DNA of 64,000 nt from Actinomycetota bacterium (GTDB lineage: Bacteria > Actinomycetota > UBA4738). Every line of letters begins with the position of its first letter. Position 1 is the stretch's first letter. Below the pieces are notes generated by a model, which had not been told where the DNA came from, searched no databases, and was given only the letters and a program-made list of their open reading frames with translations. Position numbers and translations under genes: made by a program. The DNA is taken from NCBI GenBank assembly GCA_036847185.1, contig DAIUAM010000001.1:68989-132988 (forward strand), given 5' to 3'. Positions 37,340-46,902 of this stretch are shown one piece after another.

Positions 37340-37801
37340 CTACGACTCGATCTCGACGGTCACTTCGACCTCGACCGGTGCGCCCAGCGGCAACTCGGCG
37401 ACTCCAACAGCTGCCCGGGCGTGCCGCCCGGGCTCCCCGAAGACCTCCGCGAACAGGTCGCTTGCGCCGTTCGCCACCTTCGGCTGGTCGATGAAGCCTT
37501 CGGCCGAAGCGACGAACACCCCGACACGGACCACCCGCCGGATCCGATCCAGGCTCCCGAGCTCCGAACGGAGCGCGGCCAGCGCCTGCAACCCGCACCG
37601 CCGGGCGGCCTGCGCACCAGCCGGGACATCGAGCTCCGCGCCGAGCTTTCCCGACCACAGCAGCTTCCCCTCGGACAGGGGGACCTGCCCCGCGACGAAG
37701 GCCAGGGAGCCCGAGACCACTACCGGGACGTAGGAGGCGACCGGAGCGGCGACGGGGGGGAGGTCGATCCCGAGCTCGGCCAGGCGGCGTTCGGCATCCA
37801 T
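37340..37801 (-). CDS. RidA/YjgF family reactive-intermediate deaminase
   Basis: 153 aa with the YjgF-like fold signature ...PARAAVGVAELPLGAPVEVEVTVE at the C-terminus. Confidence 0.85.
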   Translation of the reverse strand: MDAERRLAELGIDLPPVAAPVASYVPVVVSGSLAFVAGQVPLSEGKLLWSGKLGAELDVPAGAQAARRCGLQALAALRSELGSLDRIRRVVRVGVFVASAEGFIDQPKVANGASDLFAEVFGEPGRHARAAVGVAELPLGAPVEVEVTVEIES

Positions 37802-37842
37802 CGGGCCGAAACGCTACCCGATGGCAAGCGGCGGCGTGTGCG

Positions 37843-38136
37843 TCAGCCCACCGAGTGCAGGCCGGGATCGGCTCGGCGTTCGCGCTCCCGGAGGAGCAGG
37901 CGCCGTTCGAGCTCGTTCAGGCCGCCCCACACGCCGTGCGGCTCCCGGGTCCTCACGGCGTACTCGAGGCATTCGACCCGCACCGGGCAGGTCGCGCAGA
38001 TGGCCTTGGCCCGGTGCTCGCGGTGGAGGCGCTCCTCCTTGGGCTCGAAGCGGTTCGGCGGGAAGAAGAGCTTCGTGTCCTCGCCGCGACATGCGGCCCG
38101 CCACTGCCAGCCGTACTCCCAGGTGTTCGCAGCCAT
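37843..38136 (-). CDS. whiB: WhiB family transcriptional regulator (Fe-S, 4-Cys)
   Basis: ATG 38136 (MAANTWEYGWQWRAACRGEDTKLFFP). The Cys pattern is C...C..C.....C (AACRG ... ICATCPVRVECLEYA). The GVWGG turn is followed by a basic tail. The upstream 41 codons were rejected. Confidence 0.8.
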   Translation of the reverse strand: MAANTWEYGWQWRAACRGEDTKLFFPPNRFEPKEERLHREHRAKAICATCPVRVECLEYAVRTREPHGVWGGLNELERRLLLRERERRADPGLHSVG

Positions 38137-38649
38137 CTCGCAGCCTTTCCAGGTGCTGCCCGTCGGGCGCCAGAGGTCTCCTTCGGTTGTTCGTACCGGG
38201 ACGCGGTGAGGATGGCCGCGGTTCCCGGCGGGCTTTCCGGGTTCACGAAAAGGACACAAGGATTGGATTTCGCTGTGAAGGTGAAGGTGTGTGACGAGTG
38301 ACGAGGGGGACGGGAGGAGGGTGTGGTCGAAGAGAGCCCTTTTCGAGGGCCGCGTTACGGATCGGACAACCCCCGATCCCCCTCTCGTTCGACCGAAGCA
38401 GTCATCAGCTCCTTCGCCACCACCTCGAATGGGGTCGATGTTCCGCGGGCAAGCGCCGCCGAGTACTCATCGGGGCCGAGCGCATCGCGGAGTTCGACAA
38501 GTGCCGCAGCGGCGACGTCCTTGATCGGCGTGTTGGCCGTGAACGGTTGCTGGGCGCTGATCGGCTCGGCGTGAACGGCAGCCAGCAGCTCGACCGCCTC
38601 CGCGGGGTGCCCTGTGGCCGCCGGGCATGCCTCGCGGGGCGAGGCAGGC

Positions 38650-39846
38650 TCAGGAGAGCGCTCGGACCCGATCCGTGACGTCCGTGAACGTGTACCGCAG
38701 CCGGAGGTTGGGGAACACGTAGTTGCGATCGCGGAGCAGCGGAAGCCCCGCGTGGAAGTAGTCGTCGAACACCAGCCTGAACTCGTTGACCGGGGTGATG
38801 GTCGCGTACAGCCCGGGCGCCGAGAACCCGGGGAACGAGAAGGCGGCGACGATCCCGAAAATGGACCAGCAAGGAACTATCCGGCGAGTTGGTTTCCGCC
38901 AGGCTCCCCGAGAGCCAGCCCTCGTCGGACTGGATGATGATGACCGGCCGTCGGTCCGGGGGAAGGGAGAGCAGCCGGTCCACCAGCGCCAAGACCTTGG
39001 AGTTCACGAACTGGAGCTGACGGATGTAGTCCTCGTCCTCGGGCATGGTGGCCCGCACCATTTGGTCCACCCAACCACCCGCGGGGTCGAAGACGAAGGG
39101 TCCGTGGGGGCACAGGATGTGCCCGAAGACGAACTTCGGCCCTGCAACATCGCCGAGTTCGGCCAGCTTGGCGAACTGGAAGAGCACTCGCATGTACTCG
39201 GCCCGATCGAAGTAGTACTTCCCCGGAGATCCGCCCCGGAACGCCGGCAGCGCGATCCCGAGCTTCCGAGCCTCGTCCTCGGTGGAAGACATCCGCTCGT
39301 TCACGTCGGCCTGCGGGTTGGTCTTCGTGTCCGACCACCACGAGCGGAGGTGGTAGTAGGTGTATCCCCTCGCCTTCAATAGCCGGGGAACCTCGTCGTT
39401 CTGGACCAGTCGGTCTATCGGCCCTGGATCCGATTGGTCCGCGGGGACGGGCTGGGTGAGCTGTTGCAGGTAGTCGAGGTTGAGCGCGCTGGCCAGAGAC
39501 ATCGACGTCCGGGCGTAATTCGTGGTGGCGTGCTCGGCGACGAAGAGGCCTCGGGCCCGCAGCGCGTCGAGGAAGGGTCGGTTGTCGAACCCGTAGTGTT
39601 GGGCCAGGGCGCGTTCCCCGCTGTACTCGTCGAGAACGATGTAGTAGATGTCGGGCTGCGTCGGAGGATGCTCGGGTGCCTCGGTGGGCGAGGGAGAGGA
39701 AGACGGCCGCCGGGATGTCGGCGGCACAGACGATCGTCGCGGCGAAGGGCGTTCGTGCCGGAGAGCACCCAGATCCCCACGCCGGCACTGGCAAGGAACA
39801 GGAAGAGAGCATTCATGAGCAGGACACGCGAGCCGAGACGGGACAA
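38650..39846 (-). pseudogene. Sulfatase/alkaline-phosphatase-superfamily membrane-anchored hydrolase, disrupted by at least two frameshifts
   Basis: Three consecutive minus-strand frames carry pieces of one protein. The first frame (39846 down to about 39750) gives the N-terminal TM anchor MNALFLFLASAGVGIWVLSG. The second (39727 down to about 38885) gives a Ser/Pro linker and the catalytic core DIYYIVLDEYSGE...YARTSMSLASALN...GHILCPHGPFVFD...IIIQSDEGW (a sulfatase SDHG-like motif). The third (about 38885 down to TGA at 38650-38652) gives the C-terminal IFGIVAAFSFPGFSAPGLYATITPVNEFRLVFDDYFHAGLPLLRDRNYVFPNLRLRYTFTDVTDRVRALS*. The frame switches are near 39730-39760 and 38860-38895. Confidence 0.5.
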
Positions 39847-39923
39847 GGTCGACTCCCTCCGCTCCAGCCCCTTCGACTCCGACCCCGAATCCTACCCCGG
39901 GGGCACTCGAACGGGTCCCCCCT

Positions 39924-41267
39924 TCAAGGGCCCGATGGATACAGGGGAAGGATCGCCGCAGGCCGGGGAGGCTGCGAGAAGTCGAACTCCTTCAGGAGAT
40001 CGCCGAGGATCCGGGCTCGCTCGCGGACGTCGGGGCGGGGATCGGGCCGGCCGTCCGTCTTCGGGTCGATGCGCTCCTTACCCAGGAAGTCGTCCTCGAT
40101 GAACTTCAGGTACGCGTCGAACGACAGGACCTGGTGGTCGATGAAGCCCGATCGGGCATACGGGCTGATCATGATCCCTGGGACCCTCAGCCCGTACCCC
40201 AGTGCGTCCACCTTCGGCGGCACGACATGGTCGTAGAGCCCGCCCCAGTCGTCCCAGGCGATGAAGATGGCGCTGCTGTACCAGTCCGGACCGCTCATCA
40301 CGGCATCGACCAGGCTGGTGACCCATGCCTGACCCGTTGCGACACGGTCCGGGTAGTGCTCGCTCTGGACGCCGTTGGGGACGACCCACGAAACCGCGGG
40401 CAGCGTCCCCCCCTGGGCAGCCAGGAAGAAGTTCGCCGAGCTCTGGACGTTCGCCGTCTGGCCGTCCTGGTGGACGGTGGCGAAGTCCGGCAGCGGGTTC
40501 CAGATCTCCGGCGTTCCGACCCGCTGCCGCTTCAGACCGCAGACGGACTGGTCGTCGTCGCAGTCGGGCTGGGTCCCCGGTGAGATGTAGTACCCCCACG
40601 TGACGTGCTGGCGGTACAGGAGGTAGGTGAGATCCGTCCAGGCGTAGTTCGGAACGCCCGGGCGGGTCCGGTCGGTGTCCTGGTCCTCCTCGAGGTCGCC
40701 CCGGCAGGTCCCGACCCGCAGGGGGTTCGCGCACCTGGCCGACCACCCGGAGACCATGAACAGGTGCGACGGCAGGCTCCAGCCGAGGTTCGGCTCGAAC
40801 ATGTGGTCCTGGAGCACGAAGTTCCTGGCGTAGGCCCAGTAGTTCGGGATGTCCCGGCCATCCCGGTATCCCATCATGGTGTCGGGCGCCGCTCCACAGT
40901 GCGGGTCGTAGGGGCTCTGGAGACAAGCGGGACGGTTCCTGGCGGCGATGGCCTCCGCCTGGTTGATGAAGCCATCCATCCTCTCTCCGCCGATGTCGGC
41001 GATGGCCGCCTCGGCCGTGTGTGGCCCACCGGCGTTGATGGGGCCGGAGTCGTGGTAGGGGCGCACGCACCGGCGGGTCAGGGCGTCGGGCACGCACACG
41101 GTCGGCACGCCGTCCTTCATCGGGATGCCGTCCGCGCCGGGGAAGGTTCCGAAGTAGGAGTCGAAGGATCGGTTCTCCTGCATGATCACGATCACGTGCT
41201 GGATCTTGTGGATGCCGTGGAGCACTTGAGGGACCAGGACGGGAGGGGCGGAAGGCTCAGCGGGCAA
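39924..41267 (-). CDS. Phosphoesterase-family phospholipase C / acid phosphatase; mature domain intact but signal peptide appears to lie in a different frame
   Basis: Begins at TTG 41267 directly with the catalytic-domain start VIVIMQENRSFDSYFGTFPGADG (PLC/AcpA family), and the rest of the domain follows. A plausible secretion signal (NRAPGSEARPGTGGLVLAAPSLVLVSLFGPGSPTAKLP) is encoded immediately upstream (about 41260-41440) in the +1 frame. That signal frame ends at 41257. Confidence 0.75.
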   Translation of the reverse strand: MPAEPSAPPVLVPQVLHGIHKIQHVIVIMQENRSFDSYFGTFPGADGIPMKDGVPTVCVPDALTRRCVRPYHDSGPINAGGPHTAEAAIADIGGERMDGFINQAEAIAARNRPACLQSPYDPHCGAAPDTMMGYRDGRDIPNYWAYARNFVLQDHMFEPNLGWSLPSHLFMVSGWSARCANPLRVGTCRGDLEEDQDTDRTRPGVPNYAWTDLTYLLYRQHVTWGYYISPGTQPDCDDDQSVCGLKRQRVGTPEIWNPLPDFATVHQDGQTANVQSSANFFLAAQGGTLPAVSWVVPNGVQSEHYPDRVATGQAWVTSLVDAVMSGPDWYSSAIFIAWDDWGGLYDHVVPPKVDALGYGLRVPGIMISPYARSGFIDHQVLSFDAYLKFIEDDFLGKERIDPKTDGRPDPRPDVRERARILGDLLKEFDFSQPPRPAAILPLYPSGP

Positions 41268-41589
41268 ACCCGATGGGTGGCTTGACCGGCAGCTTGGCCG
41301 TCGGCGAACCGGGCCCGAACAGGCTCACCAGGACCAGGCTGGGTGCCGCGAGGACGAGGCCGCCAGTACCCGGCCTCGCTTCGGATCCCGGTGCGCGATT
41401 CGTCGGATCATGCAGTTGCCATTCGCCAGACGTCAACGGAGGGTTTCGGGTTCCTGGCCACGCCGCCGGTTCGCTGAACCCCTTGCGGTTGTGGTCCACC
41501 GGAGTGTGACGGTTTGCGCCTTCCGGCGGTTTGTGCCTACCTTCTGCGCGCGTCCTACCACCGGGAACGAGTGAAGGGAGCCGAACGCC

Positions 41590-43032
41590 ATGCGTCGGAG
41601 GTCGCTGCTCGTCGTGCCATCGATGGTCGCCCTGCTGGTCTCGCTGGCCGCCACGACGGCGGGCGCTCGCCAGGCCACTCGCACGTCCGTGGGTCGGACG
41701 CCCGTCCCGACGAACGTCGACGTGAGCCAGCGCCCGCTCAACGAGTCGGAGGAGTCCATCGCGGTCAATCCGACGAATCCGAACAACATCGTGATCGTGA
41801 CGAACATCGGCCACACCGAGGCTGGGATCACGTCGGGGATGTTCGAAGCGGTGAGCTTCGACGGCGGCCAGACCTGGCAGACGAGCATCATCGGTCAGGA
41901 CCCGGACGCGAGCACCGGGCTCGGCGACACCTGCTGCGACCCGAGCCTCTCCTTCGACAGCTACGGCAACCTCTTCTTCGCGTACCTGTACGAGACCGAG
42001 AATCTCCTCCCCATCGCCCTCAGCACCGACGGCGGCCTGACGTTCGACGTGATCGCGAAGATCGCGACCATCCCCAAACGAAACGACACGTCCAAGCGTG
42101 GACTGTTCCGCTTCGTCGACCAGCCCACCATCACAGCCGGCGCCGGGTCGGTGTGGGCCGTGGTCAACGTCGGCGGGCCCATCGGAGCGTTCGGCGCGCC
42201 GGTGACCGGGCTCGGCCAGGTCGGCGACTTCACGGGTGAGGTCGTGCCGGGGACGAACAACTGCACGTACGGCGACGTCGCCATCGGCCCCGAGGGGCAG
42301 GTCATGTCGGGGTGCAATCTCACCGAGAGCGGGCAGGGCGGCGGCAAGGTGTTCGTGAGCGTCGATCCGGACGGCTTGGGGCCAGCGGGGTTCGGGGGCC
42401 GCGTCCTGGTGGCGCTGACCCACGTCGGCGGATTCGACTTCATCGCCCCGCAGCCCGACCGATCCGTCGACGCCGAAGTCGGCCTGGCATACGACCGGAC
42501 GGGGGGACCCCGCACCGGTCGGGCCTACGTCATCTACACGCTCGAGCACCCGAACGAGAGCGACGACACCGACATCTACGAGCGGCACTCGGACGACGAC
42601 GGCGCCACGTGGAGCACGCCGGTCCGGGTCAACGACGACCAGACGACCAACAGCCAGTTCCTCCCGAAGCTTTCGCTGGACCAGACCACCGGGAACATCG
42701 CCGTGACCTTCTACGACGCACGGAACGATCTGGGGACGGGCGGCCCCGGCGACACCGACGGCGTCCCGAACACCGACGCCCAGGTGTGGGGCGCCTTCAG
42801 CACCAACGGCGGCACGTCATTCGGCCCCAACCTTCGGATCAGCGCCGGGACGTCGAACGCGCCCGACTCGGGCAACGGGATCGACTACGGTGACTACTCC
42901 GGGCTGTCGTTCTACGGCGGGGTGGCCCATCCGGCCTGGTCGGACAACTCGAACAGCACCGGCGACAATCCCGACGGCGCGCTCCACCAGCTGGACATCT
43001 ACACGGCGGCGGTTCCCGTTTCGGCGCGATAG
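41590..43032 (+). CDS. Secreted BNR/Asp-box repeat protein (sialidase-fold glycosidase-like)
   Basis: Signal peptide MRRRSLLVVPSMVALLVSLAATTAGA. Asp-box repeats SFDGGQTW, STDGGLTF, SDDDGATW and STNGGTSF are present. The N-terminal ESIAVNPTNPNNIVIV is typical of the sialidase beta-propeller. Confidence 0.75.
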   Translation: MRRRSLLVVPSMVALLVSLAATTAGARQATRTSVGRTPVPTNVDVSQRPLNESEESIAVNPTNPNNIVIVTNIGHTEAGITSGMFEAVSFDGGQTWQTSIIGQDPDASTGLGDTCCDPSLSFDSYGNLFFAYLYETENLLPIALSTDGGLTFDVIAKIATIPKRNDTSKRGLFRFVDQPTITAGAGSVWAVVNVGGPIGAFGAPVTGLGQVGDFTGEVVPGTNNCTYGDVAIGPEGQVMSGCNLTESGQGGGKVFVSVDPDGLGPAGFGGRVLVALTHVGGFDFIAPQPDRSVDAEVGLAYDRTGGPRTGRAYVIYTLEHPNESDDTDIYERHSDDDGATWSTPVRVNDDQTTNSQFLPKLSLDQTTGNIAVTFYDARNDLGTGGPGDTDGVPNTDAQVWGAFSTNGGTSFGPNLRISAGTSNAPDSGNGIDYGDYSGLSFYGGVAHPAWSDNSNSTGDNPDGALHQLDIYTAAVPVSAR

Positions 43033-43076
43033 CGACGCTCGCCCCAGGACGAGCACCAGCCACGGCGCGGTGCCGG

Positions 43077-43101
43077 CAGCCCGTTCGTCGAGGGCGGGCT
43101 G
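43077..43101. terminator. GC-rich hairpin between the two convergent BNR genes (candidate bidirectional terminator)
   Basis: cagcccg-ttcgtcgaggg-cgggctg, a 7-bp stem with an 11-nt loop. It is located in the 129-nt gap between stop 43032 (+) and stop 43162 (-). Confidence 0.3.
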
Positions 43102-43161
43102 AGCGCGTTACGTTCGGCGGGCGAGCTCCATGTGCGAGAGCGGTCCTTCCATGGCGTCACC

Positions 43162-44955
43162 TCACGGCGTCGGGTCGGTGAAGGTCCCTCCGAAGATGTC
43201 GCTGTTCCCGAACGTCGCCGGGCAGTCCTGCTCCGGCGCCGGCTTCGGCGCGGCCGGCCCGCCTCGCAGCGCCATCCGCCAGGCGTCGATGGCGGAACAG
43301 TCCACCGCTCGCCTGACGTCGTTCCAGACCCCCGAGCCGTACAGGCGCGTGGCGACCGCGTACACGTAGTCGCCGAGGAACTCCGCGCTGAGGTCGTTCT
43401 GGCTCGAGCCCCTCGCATCGGCGGGCGTGCTCTGGTACAGCCTGGTGAACGTCCCCACGCTACCGTCGTCGGTGACATCGGCGTGGGTCACGATGCCGGC
43501 CAGCGGACGGTCGTTGTTCGAACCCAGGGTGCTGTCCTTGTACGGCTCCGTCCACGCGTTGTAGACCACGTACACGTCCGTGCCGTTCGGCGAGATGCTC
43601 GGCGCTGTGTAGTAGCCCCGGTCGCTCGGCACCCCCGATCCGTCGATGGCCATCGGGTCCGTCCACGTCGCCCCACCGTCGGCCGATGTCGAGAACATCA
43701 CCGGCTCGTGGTCGAGGACCGTGCCATCGATCCAGTTCAGGACGATCTGGTCGGTCGCGTCGACCCCGGTCGGCGCCCCGTTCGCGATGTCGATGCTCGG
43801 CGCGTTCGACAGGTCGCTGCGCGCGCCGGCGATGCCATCCTCGGTGTTCCGCCCGAGCGCCGGGTCGAAGACGCCGGTCGGGTTCGTCGGGAACAGCTCG
43901 CTCGGCTTGGAGTAGGTCGAACCGCCGTCCGTGGACTTCGCCCAGAAGATGCCCTGGCTCTTCGTCTTCTTGTTGAACCCGAGCCAGAAGACGAAGACGT
44001 CGCCCTGGCTGTCGGTGCGGACGGTGCAGCCGCTCTGGCCCGTGAGGAGCGAGAAGCTCCCCGACGCGGACGCGTTGTTCTTCACGAGGATCTGCTTCTG
44101 CCAAACATCGCCACCGTCGGTGGACCGGGCGACGATCAGCGCGTTCGCGTTCGAGCCGACGCTCGGGCCGCCCTTGTAGTTCTCGAAGCACAGGTAGACG
44201 TTGCCGAACGTGGGGCTAGAGGACGCGTTGTCCGCCCAGATCTGCTCCTTGTCGGCGAACCCCGCCGAGCTCCCCGACGAGGGGATGACCACGGGCGGCA
44301 GCCACGCGTTCTTGTCGTCGGCCGCGGCCGACGCCACGTCGTCGGTACGGGAGACGCCGATGCCCTCGACGCCTTTGAAGCCGGCGTCGGTGTGCTTCCC
44401 CGACAGGCTCGACGTGAGGTTCGCGTAGTAGAGGCGGTCACCGTTGTCCCAGGAGAAGCCGTTCGGTCCCGGCACGGGCCCGAACGCCACCGCCGGGTCG
44501 CCGTCGGAGACGAGGCCGTTCTCGAAGTACCAGGGAAGGGTGCCGATTGGGCCGAACTCCGGCATGCAGGTCGGGTCCGTCGAGCCGATGGCACCCTGGC
44601 AGTTCCGAGCGGAGAGCCCCGTGTAGGTCGGCTGGGTCCATGTGGCGCCCGAATCGAAGGAGAAGTACACGCCCGACGTACCGACCCCACCGGTGAAGGG
44701 ACAGGTCGTGTCATCACCGGCGTTGCATGCCTCAAGGTCGATGTTCTCGTTCGCGCCCGCTGCCAGGATGCTCGGATCGTTCTGGTCGACCGCGAGGGCC
44801 GGCTCGTTCTGCTTGTTCTCGGAGAACGGGGTCGTCGGGCTGCCGGTGGTGACGAGCGCGTCCGCGCTGCGCGTCGCGGACGCGGGGAGGGCGCTGCCGA
44901 CCAGCGCCACCAGGGCCACCATCCCGATCGCTGCGGCCGTCCGTCGAAGTGCCAT
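43162..44955 (-). CDS. Secreted BNR/Asp-box repeat protein (sialidase-fold), paralogue of 41590..43032
   Basis: Signal peptide MALRRTAAAIGMVALVALVGSALPASA. Asp-boxes SFDSGATW, STDGGDVW, STDGGSTY and SADGGATW are present. The N-terminal ENKQNEPALAVDQNDPSILAAGANE motif is shared with the paralogue. Confidence 0.75.
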   Translation of the reverse strand: MALRRTAAAIGMVALVALVGSALPASATRSADALVTTGSPTTPFSENKQNEPALAVDQNDPSILAAGANENIDLEACNAGDDTTCPFTGGVGTSGVYFSFDSGATWTQPTYTGLSARNCQGAIGSTDPTCMPEFGPIGTLPWYFENGLVSDGDPAVAFGPVPGPNGFSWDNGDRLYYANLTSSLSGKHTDAGFKGVEGIGVSRTDDVASAAADDKNAWLPPVVIPSSGSSAGFADKEQIWADNASSSPTFGNVYLCFENYKGGPSVGSNANALIVARSTDGGDVWQKQILVKNNASASGSFSLLTGQSGCTVRTDSQGDVFVFWLGFNKKTKSQGIFWAKSTDGGSTYSKPSELFPTNPTGVFDPALGRNTEDGIAGARSDLSNAPSIDIANGAPTGVDATDQIVLNWIDGTVLDHEPVMFSTSADGGATWTDPMAIDGSGVPSDRGYYTAPSISPNGTDVYVVYNAWTEPYKDSTLGSNNDRPLAGIVTHADVTDDGSVGTFTRLYQSTPADARGSSQNDLSAEFLGDYVYAVATRLYGSGVWNDVRRAVDCSAIDAWRMALRGGPAAPKPAPEQDCPATFGNSDIFGGTFTDPTP

Positions 44956-45088
44956 GGGTTCTCCTTCGTATCCTCGAGGGTTACCTCGGGCAGGCTATTG
45001 GCGGCCCTCCGAAGGTGTCAAACGCGAAACGGGACACAAGAACGATGCGCCGACGGGCGCCCGGGTTGGCTCCGAGGGATCGAAGAGG

Positions 45089-45418
45089 TCAGGCTCCGGG
45101 CGGCCGCCAGTCAACGCTCTGCTTGGAGGCGGCGTCCATCTCCTCCGGCGTGATGAGCACGGTCGTGCTGACGGCAACGGTGCCGCTGGAGGAGGTATGC
45201 GTGCTGAACGCCGCGGCTGCCGAGTTGTCCGGTAGGTCGGCCAGCAGGTACACGTCCTCGTCTCCGAACCCGAAGTAGAACGCTTCCAGGGTGCCCCCGA
45301 GGCCCTCGATGGCCTTGCGGACCACCTCGCGCCGAGCGGACCCGCCCTCCTTGAGCATGCCCCGGAGGCCCTCGGCTGTCAGCGACGCTCGGAACAGGTA
45401 CTTCGCCATGCTCGCCAC
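45089..45418 (-). CDS. GYD domain protein
   Basis: 109 aa with MAKYLFRASLTAEGLRGMLKEGGSARREVVRKAIEGLGGTLEAFYFGFGDEDVYLLADLPDN, which matches the GYD family. Confidence 0.6.
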   Translation of the reverse strand: MASMAKYLFRASLTAEGLRGMLKEGGSARREVVRKAIEGLGGTLEAFYFGFGDEDVYLLADLPDNSAAAAFSTHTSSSGTVAVSTTVLITPEEMDAASKQSVDWRPPGA

Positions 45419-45499
45419 CTTCCCTCGACCTGGAACTCGCGCGGAGTATCCGCACGGCGGGGGAATGCTATCAAGTCCACCGAAGGGGAGCGAGAGGGC

Positions 45500-46836
45500 C
45501 TAGGTTCCGGGTTCCTCCTCGACCTGCAGGATCAGGCCGTCGATCGCGCGGACCCGCACCTTGCGGCCGGCCTGGATCGGGCCATCGTTCGACCGGGCGC
45601 GCCACAACGTGCCCTTCACGTAGACGCCGCCCTCGGGGTTGAGGTCGCTCCGCGCCTCGCCGACCAGGCCGACCAACCCGACCTGAGCGCGGCGGACCTG
45701 TTCGCGCGACCGGAGGGCCACGGTGAGGACGAAGCCGAAGAACAGGAACGTGGCGACGGTGGCGGGCCCGATCAGCCACAGGGAGACGCGGATCGGCGGG
45801 GCGACGCCGTGCCAGGCCAGGACAGAACCGACCGCGACGGCGACCGTGCCCAGTGCCGTCAGGACCGCGACGCGACGGATCATCACGTCCGAGCCCATCA
45901 GGACCATGCCGCCCAGAAGCAGGGCGATCCCCAGCCAGTGGACCGGGATCACCGACAGCCCGTAACCAGCCAGCGCCACCACGCCGGCTCCCCCGACCCC
46001 GGCCACCCCGAACCCGGGCTGGGTGATCTCGAAGGCGACCCCGAACACCCCCAGGATCAGCAGCACGTAGACCGCGCCCGGCGTGCTGACCCCGTGCAGG
46101 ATCCGCCGCCAGATCCCGATCTCGTGGAAGCTCACATCCACCGGCCGGTCCGGCCTGTTGAGCGTCGCCAGGCGGGTCACCCGATGGAACCGGAAAGTCA
46201 CGGACCGACCATCGATCCGAGCCAGGAGATCCGGCACGTCGGCGGCGACCACCCGCACGGCCCCTGACGTGAGGGCGGTCCCGGCCGGCTCGGCAGGGCC
46301 CCGAAGCAGGCGCTCCACCCCCGACGGGCTCGCACCCGTCTGCGTGCCGATCGCCACCAGGCGGGCGGCCGTGGCGGCCTCATCCTGCGGCTGCACGCTG
46401 CCACCCAGATCGAAGGGCTCCGCCGGCCCGATCCCGGCCCCCGGAGCCATGACGACCAAAGACGAGGCATAAACGGGGAACAGGGATGCCCCCGCGGCCC
46501 GAGCGCCGGATGGCCCGATCCAAGCCACCACCGGGACCGAGGCCGACCGGACGAATTCTCCGAGCCGCAACCCCTCGTCGCCGTACATCCCGTACGCGCC
46601 GCGTGAGTCGATCTGGAGGATCACCGTGGAACCCTTCGCTTCTGCGTCCCGGATCGCGCCCTCGACGTAGGCCACCTGCGCCGGGTCGATCACCCCCTGG
46701 ACCTTGACCAGCGCGACGCTCGGCGTCGGTGCCGACACGGACGTCGCACCTGCCGGCGCCGCCAGCGCACCGACCGCACCAGCCACCAGGGCGAGACGGA
46801 CGAAGCCCTTCACCAGCGGAGACGGAGCGCGCGCCA
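45500..46836 (-). CDS. NfeD family membrane-bound ClpP-class serine protease
   Basis: ATG around 46836 (MARAPSPLVKGFVRLALVAGAVGALAAPAGA, signal-like). The ClpP-like domain includes VQGVIDPAQVAYVEGAIRDAEAKGSTVILQIDSRG. Multiple TM helices and a C-terminal OB-fold (GGVYVKGTLWRARSNDGPIQAGRKVRV) follow. The upstream ~100 codons of ORF 45500..47134 were rejected. Confidence 0.8.
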
Positions 46837-46902
46837 TGGGCCCTCGATTGTAGGGGCCGATGTTCCCGTCCCGGCAGGCGCCGTCGCCTAGAGTTGACCG
46901 CC

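Noticed and set aside
39415-39750. Remainder of the 143-aa ORF after its N-terminal TM segment (possible independent small gene)
   Set aside because: After the TM helix the frame becomes Ser/Thr/Pro/Arg junk, while the adjacent frame continues with a sulfatase-family catalytic domain. It is interpreted as the frameshifted N-terminus of the sulfatase pseudogene.
43132-45153. 673-aa plus-strand ORF
   Set aside because: Antisense to the second BNR gene, which has a signal peptide and four Asp-boxes in its own frame.
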